Assembly (NCBI RefSeq): GCF_004010195.1
Contig: NC_057718.1
Span: forward strand, 51,964,373 to 52,028,372
Length of the DNA: 64,000 nt
Origin: Chiloscyllium plagiosum
Taxonomy: Eukaryota
Direction of reading: 5' to 3'
In this document: in pieces, positions 40,501 to 51,363 of the stretch
How positions within the stretch are numbered: the stretch's first letter is position 1
How the letters are laid out: the number at the start of each line of letters is the position of its first letter
Program-made: the position numbers and the translations under genes
Notes under the pieces: model-generated
What the model saw: only the letters and a program-made list of their open reading frames with translations
Databases searched by the model: none
What the model was told of the DNA's origin: nothing

Positions 40501-43500
40501 GTCCACAGACGCTCCTCATGCAAGGGCTACAGTGATAATGACTTGTTAGTATCCACATCCTACAGCTCCCCATCCCCTCTTAAGTTATATCACATCATAC
40601 CCTTCTGCTTTGAATTTGTCCTTTTCACTGTAATCATTCCCTCAGATGCCTGGTCCAATGAAGTTTATCCCAATACTTGAGTTTCACACTTTAACTCCAT
40701 AGATTTCCAGCTGATAAGTCCTCCGGACCATTAGTATTCAAACCCTCCAATCAAATGTGGTTCACTTGCCAGACTAATTTGTGAGGACATTGCTGACTGA
40801 AAACAGCTCAGCCCCAAGGTAATAAATAGATCTGTAATTTTCTGACTTGCTTTACTTGAAATGCAGAATTGTTTATAGCCTAACCTTCGGTTTTCAAAGT
40901 CACGATTCTTGGACTGTAATAGGACGAAGCGGCTGACTGACTGTGAGAAACAAAGCCCACTCACTTCAATAATTTCAGTCCGAGACAAGATCTGAATCAG
41001 TAGTGTCATTTATTTTTACACTTGCAAGTGGGTGTGATGTCCAGTGCCAGGCAAGGCAGAGGACAAAAAACACACCGAGTTCAACAAATTCTCGATATTT
41101 ATGTAATTTGGTTCCTACATTTTTTTTCTTATTTCATTGTTTTTACCCCTGTTTACATCCTCCATTTCCCTAAGCCTGGTCCCACCACTCCTGCTTATCC
41201 GGCCTTGTCTGTGACAAAATGCTTATTCTGGCCTCATAAGGCCGTTTGACCTCATCCCACTACAGGTCATTGTTAGGCATATTCTTTCTTCATCATTATC
41301 TACTCTTTCCATCTGGGCTTCTCCCGAGACCACTCTAATCTTAATGACCTCTTTAATTAGGGTTTGTTCCTGTGTCTCCGTACAAAGTGGGAAACAGATG
41401 TTTGTACAGGCGTATCTGGCCTAACTTCATCCCCTCAACACCTTATCTATTTGCCCATAATATCTACCATTGTTTTGCAATCACGTTTCAAGCTGACATA
41501 CAATTTTTAGCTAATACAAAAACAATTCGATATTTCCTCCACATAGTTTCCATTCTTGTTGACTCAGCTCTTGGCTAAAACAATTAAACACTGATGTGAG
41601 TTCATTTACTTTGTATCAGAAATTATAATTGCAGAATTGCAGATCTGCAGAAGAAACATTAATCTACCTATATCCTACACTGACCATGACCAATCCCCAA
41701 ACTGGAATCAAATCAGTTGTAGTCCTTCTTGACTCCATTAAGGATTCTTCCTTTTTTAGATTCAGATATGGCCATTTACTTGAAGTACATGCAGAGTTTT
41801 TTTTTGCTGTAATCGCCGTTGGCACACACTAAAGGTGTGACATTGCGGTCGCTGAACTGTACATTGACATGTTCAGGGGTCCCAAGTGTAAAAAGCTGAC
41901 TGTCTCTTCCTCCATGCTAAACACCAATGGAAAAGACAGGGAGGTTTAACAGTCTGTGACTGCACTAAAAAAAATGCAAGCTTCGCAAAGTGACAGTGTG
42001 TAATTTGACACTAAAGATCCTTTGCACCAGAAAGCAATGCAAGCCATCGAGGCTGGCAGCCTCCAAGTAAATGGGTGAGTGTTTAGAGGTGAAGCTAAGA
42101 GTCAGAAGTTGCATCTTGCGTAGAAGCATGAGATACATATGCATGAAGTGACATGGCAGAAGTATGCAACTTGCTCATGTCCCTGTGCTCCAAAGTCAAA
42201 TCATGGAAAGCTGAAGTACTGAGAGAGTTACACTGAGTAGGCGTGATGATGTGCTGACATTGGTGGTTTAATGCTGGCAGCTTGCCTGGACAAAAGGTGG
42301 AGTAGGCAGTGTCCATTGGTCATGCAGGCACATTGTGATGAAGATAGATTTGGATGAAGGCTCAGATTAGTGAGCAGCAAGCTGCTGCCACTTCGTAATC
42401 TCTCTGGTTTTACATGTCAACAATTGATACCATCCTATTTGATAGAGGAGAGATTGGAAGTGGCAGGAATGAGTCCACAAGGGTGAATATTAGTCTGCAA
42501 ATGAATAGAAATGGGGGAGTCATTACTTAATAGAAAGATTTGGAACTCACTACTTTAACCTAAGAGCAAAATTGGAAACATTTTCTCGACATTTTACAAA
42601 TTTTTCAGTCTCACTGTATTTTCCCATCTTTTCTGCTGTTGCCCAACTGAAATTTCACCCAATGTGTGCTTTTGTGCAGAAGAAATAACTTAAAATTTAA
42701 AAATAGACAAAACATTTATCAACAAGCTGTATTGATTTGCCAACTTACCAAGTAGAAATTTACAGTCAAATTAGATTCCAGGTGCACAAGTCATTGTGAA
42801 ACAGGAGATTATTAACCAATTCACTGAATTAATGGTTTACTTGGAAACTTAGAAATCCATCATTCAATTGAGCAAGGTATCTGAATATATGGAGAATTCA
42901 CAACTATAATATTGAATGTCCTTCTCATTGTCATTAGTACTTCAACATGAAAACTGATCATGAACAATTCATATTTTGGTCATAATTTTCACCATTTTGC
43001 TATATTTTCTCCATTACATTCACAGGTATTCTACTTTTAAAATAACACAATATATTTCTGGATGTGAATTGTTAATTAGTAATTTAAACAGCTTCATCGT
43101 TTTAGTTGAGAAAGAACAAATGAGTGATCAGTTTAGTGTGAGCATAATTATGGTTATTTCCCTTTCAGGACTCATGAACTCTGCATGGTTCATCTAGTTT
43201 CAAAGCTATCTCCTCTGCTTACAGTCTAACTGTTGTTATTATCCACTCAGCTTTATTCCAATGCCAACACACTTCCTGATCTTCTTTAGCTTCATGTAGA
43301 TTGATTTGCACCCCTACTATTAATTGCGGTGAAACTGGTCATCCTGCCTGAAATCACATGTTTTAATGTCTGTGACTTAACTGCTGGTTTGAAAGAGTCT
43401 TTTTTTTCCACTACTTTTCACTATGTTGTTATAATTAGCATGGTACCAAAATGAACACAGTTGTTGGATTTTTATGGATTGGAATTAAATTCCTCTAGAC

Positions 43501-44694
43501 GTATTGGTTTATCAATTGCTACAATGTTTGTATTGTTAAAAAAAATCTTATTCATAAAAACAATGTTTTGTCTTCCTCAGACTTTATTCTCAGGATTATC
43601 TGAATTTCACTTCATAAGACTAATATTCTCCTTTTACAGTACACCATTTATTATTGGTCTCCGAAAAGAAAGGATGGGCTTTCTGGTTCAGTTCATCGAT
43701 GGTTCAACTACAAACACCTAGAAATCTTTATGTTTGGATGAATTCCAAAAGAAAAGAAAAAAAGCATGAATGTTTCATGAGGGAACGTGTCAATGGATAG
43801 CTTAAGTAGTAATCAGAGTAATACCATTGGGTGAGCATAGAAATACATTAATAAAAATGGAAAATCAAAACTTGGTATCAAGGGTCAGAACTGACATTAG
43901 GTACTGTCATTTTAGAGCGTACATCTAGTCGATCTAAGAAAAGGAGGAGAGCTAACACCAGGGAATATTTGAATGTTAGCAATGAAACTTCAGATTTCTC
44001 CCTTTCACCTTTAACCATCCTAGTTGCTGGGGTCTTTGCAACAATCATGATTATTGGACTGCAAGGAAACAAGCACCATGAAAATTATGATAGCAGAAGT
44101 CGGATTGCCAGCCCACCATAAATTTTCTTTGGCATTTTGGGCAAACATTACTTGCAAGTTAATAAGAGAGAACACAAAAACGCAATGTTGTTTCTTCCAC
44201 AATAAAGTTTCTAAATCCGTTGTGGTGCTAACCATGAGGCATGAAAATGTGTTTAGCTTTCTGACTGAGCTAGTCTCAACAAATAATAGTGTCAAGTACA
44301 CATGAATAAAATGAAACCGATGTGATGTGCCATACAGACAAAAGAAATTTACATTTGAAAAATACTGGTGCCACCTTCATTCTCAATAAATCATATGTAT
44401 ATCACAGTGGAGTAGGGCAAGAAAGCTGTGAGCACAGTGAACATCAGTGGTTTGAAAAAGTTGGATCAGAATACTTTACCAATGTGCTCCAATGTGATCC
44501 AATTTAGAATACCATACAACTGCACAATAAGTAAAGGGGAGTGGGAGGGGACTGTTGAGACTCTTTCCAATGCTGAACAATACTTTGAAGTGTGCAATCT
44601 TCTTAATTTGTACGGATAACTTAATTCAAAGTGTTAACCTACTTATCATAAGAAAATAAAGAGATTGGTAGGAGACATTTTTTAAAAATTCTAA

Positions 44695-45446
44695 CATAGA
44701 GTCATAGAGTCATAGAGATGTACAGCATGGAAACAGACCCTTCAGTCCAACCCGTCCATACCGACCAGATATCCCAACCCAATCTAGTCCCACCTGCCAG
44801 CACCCGGCCCATATCCCACCAAACCCTTCCTATTCATATACACATCCAAATGCCTCTTAAATGTTGCAATTCTACCAGCCTCCACCACATCCTCTGGCAG
44901 CTATTTCCAGACACATATTACTCTCTGCGTGAAAAAGTTGCCCCTTAGGTCCCTTTTATATCTTTCCTCTCTCACCCTAAACCTATGCCCTCTAGTTCTG
45001 GACTCCCCGACCCCAGGGAAAAGACTTTGTCTATTTATCCTATTCATGCCACTCATAATGCGACTCCACTTTCAAGGAGCTATGAACTTGCACTCCAAGG
45101 TCTTTTTGTTCAGCAACACTCCTTAGGACCTTACCATTTAGTGTATAAGTCCTGCTAAGATTTGCTTTCCCAAAATGCAGCACCTTGCATTTATCTGAAT
45201 TAAACTCCATCTGCCGCTTCTCAGCCCATTGGCCCATCTGGTGCAGATCCTGTTGTAATCTGAGGTAACCCTCTTCGCTGGCCAGTACACCTCCAATTTT
45301 GGTGTCATCTGCAAACTTACTAACTGTACCTCTTATGCTCGCATCCAAATCATTTATGTAAATGACAAAAAGTAGAGGGCCCAGCACCAATCCTTGTGGC
45401 TCTCCACTGGTTACAGGCCTCCAGTCTGAAAAACAACCCTCCAACA
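44695..45446 (-). mobile_element. CR1 (HER1-like) LINE, 5' truncated and internally deleted
   Basis: Open RT frame VTSGEPQGLVLGPLLFVIYINDLD..SKFADDTKIGG joined near 45055 directly to the C-terminal part; tail (CTATGACT)n. Confidence 0.95.
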
Positions 45447-46081
45447 TGAAATGATGATTTAAAGAAATAGGATACTTACAAACGTGAATTATGAACTACA
45501 TATTAAGAGGGATGCAATATTACATCTGGGTATAAAGAATAGACTTCATCTAAAGCAGCGCCTATGAATACCCATAAAATTAGTCAGCAAACATCTGGTA
45601 ACATAAACGATTAATGCAAACAAAAATGAAGGTACATATTGGAATATTAGGTGAAGTATAAAAATTCCAGAGAACCACTGAAATGTAAGGAAATACTAGC
45701 CAGTGAATTAAAATAATTATAGTAATAATAACAACAATAATAACACAAGGTACAATGTTTCATTATCACAAAACAATAGAAATATAATTATGCAAAAGGA
45801 AGCCATTCAGCTGACTGTGATTGTACTGGCTCTCCAAATAAACATGGGAATTGGGATGGGAATTGCCTGTGCTCTACAGACACCCATTGGCATTTACACG
45901 TGATCGCAGCATTAACTTCTGATTCCAAAGTCACTGCCTCTTGACCCACTGCAATCCATGTGCTCTAGATTGACCCACAATGCCCATAGGGAGGGAATTT
46001 CAAGATTTTGACAAGCAACAGTGAAGGGACAAGAATATAATTCTACGTTAGGATGGCGAGTAGCCTGGAGGGGAACTTACG

Positions 46082-46610
46082 AATCATTGAGATATACAGC
46101 ATGGAAACAGTCCCTTTAGTCCAACTCATCCAATCTGACCAGATATCCTCAACATATCAAACCTCATTTGCCAGTATTTGGCTCATACCCCTTCCTATTT
46201 ATGGACTCATCCAGATGGCTTTAAATATTGCAATTTTACCAGCCTCCACCACCTCTTCTGGCAGCTCATTTCATACACAGACCACCCTCTGTGTAAAAAG
46301 GTTGCCCCTTAGATCCTTTTTAAAGCTTTCCCCCTCACTCTAAACCAATGCCCCCTAGGTTTGGACTCCTTGGCTATTCACCCTATTCATGCCCATCATT
46401 ATTTTATAAACCTCTGTAAGATCACCCCTGAGCCCACGGTGCTCCAAAGAAAACAGCCCCAGCCTATACAGCCTCTCCTTATAGCTCAAACCCTCCAACC
46501 CTGGCAACATCCTTGTACATCGTTTTTGAACCCTTTCAACTATCACAACACCTTTCCTATAGCAGGGAGACCTGAACTGAACACAGCATTTCAAAAGTAG
46601 CTTAATAAAC
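46082..46610 (-). mobile_element. CR1 (HER1-like) LINE 3' fragment
   Basis: ORF 46355-46594 CVQFRSP..ERVQKRCTRMLPGL..RGDLTEVYKIM. Confidence 0.9.
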
Positions 46611-46619
46611 GTGCAGGTG

Positions 46620-46888
46620 TTTTATTCATTCGTGGGTGTCATGTGGGCATCGCTGGCTGGCCAGCATTTATTGCTCATACCTAGTTGCCCTTGAGAAGGT
46701 GGTGGTGAGCTGTCTTTTTGATTTGCTGCAATCCACGTGATGTGGGTTGACTCATTCCCTGATGGAGGGAATTCCAGGATTTTGACTCAGCAGAAGTGAA
46801 GAAATGCCAGTACATTTCCAAGTCAGGATGATGTGTGACTTAGAGGGGACCTTGCAGGTGATTATGTTCCCATGTATCTGCTGCCCTT
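46620..46888 (-). mobile_element. CR1/L2-superfamily LINE 3' end (host of the solo LTR; resumes at 47586-47640)
   Basis: Homologous to 9845-10120; tail ATTCATTCGTGGG...GGCCAGCATTTATTG. Confidence 0.75.
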
Positions 46889-47585
46889 TTTGATAATACT
46901 GTGCCTTTAGGAGAAGTGTTATATGCTGTTTCTCTTGCAGAAGGGTGTTGTCACAGTTGTGGTGGTATGTCTCCTTCAGACAAGCAATTGGTAAAAAGCT
47001 TTTGAGTTCTCCCTGGATCTTTTCTTAAATGAGATAAACGAATCATGAATGGGTGAGGTCAAGTCGCAGGGAGGCTTTCTGTTTTGCTTTCATTTAGTGA
47101 GAAGGTTTCTGCTACCTGCTGGAACTAAAAGCTTGAGTTTTCTACTGCTAGAGTGATGCCTTAGACAGCCAGGCGTCCTCTTAAAAAACAAAAGGGGCAG
47201 ATTGTTTCTTTTGGTATTTCTTTCTACTAGACTGAAGAGACACAGCATGTGAGAATCATAACTGTTTTGCTGAATTGCATTTTTTGACAAAGGGTGTGTT
47301 TATGGGATGCTGCCTATATTGGAACAGTTGATTATTAGTGTTTAAATAAAACATTATCTTGTTAAGTATTTCCATCGAGTAAAATTATGCCAATTCTTCT
47401 TTTTGTTGCATTTTAACTGTGCTGTAAGAACAAAGGGTCTTTTGATTAAAGCTTAGTGATGGACCAATCGAATCTGGAACATAGCGCTTTGTGCTTGCCT
47501 TTAAAAACAATGTAGAAGTTAGGGTCTATACTATCTCCATAATATACTTTGGGGGTGGGGGGGGGTTCTGGTCTGGTCCACAACA
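46889..47585 (+). mobile_element. Solo LTR (~700 bp) with 4-bp TSD
   Basis: Flanked by CCTT (46885-46888 and 47586-47589); removal restores host CTGCCCTTGGCCTTCTAGATGG (compare 10074-10095); ends CAACA; 5' TG apparently mutated to TT; AATAAA near 47345. Confidence 0.7.
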
Positions 47586-48675
47586 CCTTGGCCTTCTAGA
47601 TGGAAGTAGTCATGGGTTTGGAAGTTGTAGGTCGAATGAACTTTCGAAAATTTACATTAAACATCTTTAAACTGCCTTTTACAATTAGTTCACCTTTATT
47701 CCAGCTATATTGACTTTGAATTCTGGACTTTTTTAAAAGGTGAAAGAACATGCAATCATTGAAATGAATGTCTCACCAAAGTTGACATGATTGTGCTCTC
47801 AAATTTCTATACAGTGCTAATTCATAACACAATGCTAAATGAAGGATGCCACAAAAAATGTTGGAACTTTCTTGACTTGTTTCACTTACTTAACATATAT
47901 TGTTATCAACTCGGAGAAACCTTTTGTCTAATTGTGCATTTAACTGTGCTTTGGAATGAATTAAAATGTTCCAACTATTCATATCAATCATTTTGCCTAT
48001 GATTTATAAACAGGGGCAAACGTTATCTGGTGTCAAATCATTGCTATCACCCTCCACAATTCAATAATGTGTTGTTCTCAAAAAAATAAACTTGCACTAC
48101 TGGAGAAGCACACTTGAATTGGAACTAATTAAAGTTGAGAGCCTTTCATTAAATTTGCATTTTACATGACAATTAATTTAACCACAAAAAGAAAATCTAA
48201 ATAGGTTTTTGCAATTATCGATATCATCTTGATAACAGAAACAAATATTTATAAGAAAAGTTTTCAGCATTGACACTTTCTGTTTTATATATGTAAGTAT
48301 CAATATGCCATACTGGCTACTGGGAATTAATGAACCTGGAACTGAGTTGAGCTGGGGGAACATATAGAGGATAAATGACCAGGAGCTGGTATATTGGGAC
48401 AAATACATGACAAGTGATATTGGTTGACATAGCCCATAGTGTCACAAGTGATGTATTTTTCCACAAGTATACTGTGTATTTTGTTTAAGTTTGACAATTC
48501 TGCAAATATTAACCACAGTCATGTTTTGCTGGAGTGATATATCATTGTTATACCCAGAGCTGCCAAGTTCTAGAAAGGAATTTTCGTAAAATTACAGCAT
48601 GAAGTCGACCAAATCCCAGTACAACGATCATAATCACCATTCCTCAAAACATCAGATGGTCGATGCTAAAAATAC

Positions 48676-48765
48676 CATTTCCCACATTACAAAAGTGGCT
48701 ACACTTCAAAAGCACTTCACTGACTGTAAAGTGTTTTGAGACAATCTTAAATTTATAAAAACTGT
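48676..48765 (+). mobile_element. Deu-domain SINE 3' remnant (AmnSINE1/SacSINE1-like)
   Basis: TTTCCCACATTACAAAAGTGGCTACACTTCAAAAGCACTTCACTGACTGTAAAGTGTTTTGAGAC resembles the recalled AmnSINE1-type 3' region. Confidence 0.6.
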
Positions 48766-49659
48766 GAGTTGAATGGAAATCATACACTCTTAATCCTTAA
48801 TTATGTCCTCTTATTTTTATCATGAAATGTGAATTCAAGCATGATGAAAGTAAGTAACATTGAAAAAACTGAATAGAACTTCTACTTTGAACTAAGATTT
48901 GAAGAGCTCATTTTAATGTGCTGGCATCCCATCTCAGAACAATTGAGTTTTCGGCAGCTACGTCAGGCACATCTCTGGAGTCGTGGGAGAAAAGCAGAAA
49001 ATGTCAATCACAGCCAGCAGTAGCTGTTGGGAATAACATGAAGCATGGAGAAGCAGTCCTGCATTTCCTAGTTCCATAGCAATTTAAAAGAACATAAGAC
49101 AGTAAGATCGAAGAGCAGGAGTAGGCCATTCAGCACATTGAATCTGCTGCACCATTCACTGTGGCCATGGCTGATCTGATAATCCTCAACTTCACTTTCC
49201 TGCCTTTTCCCCATAATCATTGATTCTCTTTTTCATTAAGAACCTATCTACCTCAACTTTCAATGTACCCCATGGCCCAGCCTCAAAAGCCATCTGTGGT
49301 TAAGAATTCCACAGATTTACTACTATCTGAGATAAGAAATGTCTCCTAATTTAAGTCTGAAATGGATGAATTTTTATCCTATGATGCCTTCTCCACAAAG
49401 GAATTAACCTTTTTACATCCATCCTGATAAGTCATCTCAGAATCTAGTATAGTTCAATAAGATTGCTTCTCATTCTCCGAAACTCCAATGAATGCAGCCC
49501 CAAACTATTCAACCTTTCCTCACAAGACAGCCCCTCAAAATCCATTATCAATTTCGTGAATATTCTTTCTGGACTGCCTCCAATGCTAGTATATCTTTCC
49601 TTAGATAGTTAAATATCACACAACACCAGGTTATAATCCAACAGGTTTAATTGGAAGCA

Positions 49660-49694
49660 CACTAGTTTTCGGAGTGACGCTCCTTCATCAGGTG
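49660..49694 (-). ncRNA. Hammerhead motif, family B, mutated copy
   Basis: Minus strand CAC CTGATGA A GGAG CGTCA CTCC GAAA ACTA GTG; G-to-A change breaks the AGCU palindrome. Confidence 0.5.
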
Positions 49695-49923
49695 ATTGTG
49701 GAGGGCTTGATTGTATCACAGAATTTATAGCAAAAATTTGCAGTGTGATGTAACTGAAATTATACATTGAAAAATTGATTGTCTGTTAAGCCTTTCATCT
49801 GTAAGAATACAGTGATAGTTACACTTCTTTCATGTGTAAATCACAAAACCCTTTTTTTTAAAGTTGCATTCTCGGGTTAGCTGTTAACAATGGTGATAGC
49901 TAGACAATATGTTGAAGGTGTTA

Positions 49924-49953
49924 NNNNNNNNNNNNNNNNNNNNNNNNNNNNNN
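49924..49953. other. Assembly gap
   Basis: Run of N. Confidence 1.
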
Positions 49954-50096
49954 TTTTGAGCTCAGAGTTCTACATGAATGTATGCAGTTTTTGAGCAAAG
50001 TGCAATGTAACTCTGCAAGGACAAATTCACCCCACAAAATATATGTGTGCGTGTGGGTCTTTGTCTGTCTGGGGTGGGGGTTGTGAGTGTGAGAAA

Positions 50097-50119
50097 GTGT
50101 GTGTGTGTCTGTGTGTGTG
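50097..50119 (+). repeat. (GT)n microsatellite inside the PLE
   Basis: gtgtgtgtgtgtctgtgtgtgtg. Confidence 0.85.
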
Positions 50120-50155
50120 CAGTGAGTGCAGAGTGTCTTAAGACTCTGAGGGGGT

Positions 50156-50760
50156 NNNNNNNNNNNNNNNNNNNNNNNNNNNNNNNNNNNNNNNNNNNNN
50201 NNNNNNNNNNNNNNNNNNNNNNNNNNNNNNNNNNNNNNNNNNNNNNNNNNNNNNNNNNNNNNNNNNNNNNNNNNNNNNNNNNNNNNNNNNNNNNNNNNNN
50301 NNNNNNNNNNNNNNNNNNNNNNNNNNNNNNNNNNNNNNNNNNNNNNNNNNNNNNNNNNNNNNNNNNNNNNNNNNNNNNNNNNNNNNNNNNNNNNNNNNNN
50401 NNNNNNNNNNNNNNNNNNNNNNNNNNNNNNNNNNNNNNNNNNNNNNNNNNNNNNNNNNNNNNNNNNNNNNNNNNNNNNNNNNNNNNNNNNNNNNNNNNNN
50501 NNNNNNNNNNNNNNNNNNNNNNNNNNNNNNNNNNNNNNNNNNNNNNNNNNNNNNNNNNNNNNNNNNNNNNNNNNNNNNNNNNNNNNNNNNNNNNNNNNNN
50601 NNNNNNNNNNNNNNNNNNNNNNNNNNNNNNNNNNNNNNNNNNNNNNNNNNNNNNNNNNNNNNNNNNNNNNNNNNNNNNNNNNNNNNNNNNNNNNNNNNNN
50701 NNNNNNNNNNNNNNNNNNNNNNNNNNNNNNNNNNNNNNNNNNNNNNNNNNNNNNNNNNNN
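50156..50760. other. Assembly gap
   Basis: Run of N. Confidence 1.
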
Positions 50761-50949
50761 GTTAACAGGTAACCCGAGAATGCAACTTTAAAAAAAAGGG
50801 TTTTGTGATTTACACATGAAAGAAACTATCACTATATTCTAACAGATGAAAGGCTTAGCAGACAATCAATTTTTCAATGTATAATTTCAGTTACATCACA
50901 CTGCAAATTTTTGCTATAAATTCTGTGTTACGATCGAGCCATCCACAAT

Positions 50950-50984
50950 CACCTGATGAAGGAGCGTCACTCCGAAAGCTAGTG
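50950..50984 (+). ncRNA. Minimal type I hammerhead ribozyme motif (PLE family B), intact core
   Basis: CAC CTGATGA A GGAG CGTCA CTCC GAAA GCTA GTG: helix I CAC/GTG, helix II GGAG/CTCC, palindromic AGCU helix III, predicted cleavage after CUA. Confidence 0.7.
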
Positions 50985-51199
50985 TACATCCAATTAAACC
51001 TGTTGGACTATAACCTGGTGTTGTGTGATTTTTAACTTTGTACACCCCAGTCCAACACCGGCATCTCCACATAATTTCCTTTGATAAGGGGAGCAAAACT
51101 GTTTAAGGGAAGTCTAACTAGTGCCTTGAATAGTTTTAACAAGACTTTCTTATTTTTGTACCCCAAACCATTGGAAATAAAAGAGGTTTTCATCAACTA

Positions 51200-51363
51200 G
51201 GAGAAAGTAGGATTGCAGATGCTGAAGAGTCAGTGTCAAACATCTCTGAGCCCCCTTCCCTCTCCACCTTGATGATGAAGGGCTTATGCCTGAAATGTTG
51301 ATTCTCCTGCTCCTCGGATGCTGCCTGACCTGTACTTTTCCAGCACCACATTTTTCAACTCTC
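51200..51363 (+). mobile_element. Penelope-like element, family A, with short inverted 5' arm
   Basis: GAGAAAGTAGGATTGCAGATGCTG (inverted end), then GATGATGAAGGGCTTATGCCTGAAATGTTGATTCTCCTGCTCC with a decayed hammerhead. Confidence 0.75.

Larger units (their letters stand above)
49608..51074. mobile_element. Penelope-like element, family B, with ~280-bp inverted arms
   Basis: 49608-49888 is the reverse complement of 50761-51036; TSD TTTCCTTAGATA (49596-49607) and TTTCCTTTGATA (51075-51086); centre partly in gaps. Confidence 0.85.

Noticed and set aside
50047..50772. 241-aa ORF, the longest in the track
   Set aside because: Artefact of translating through the N gap
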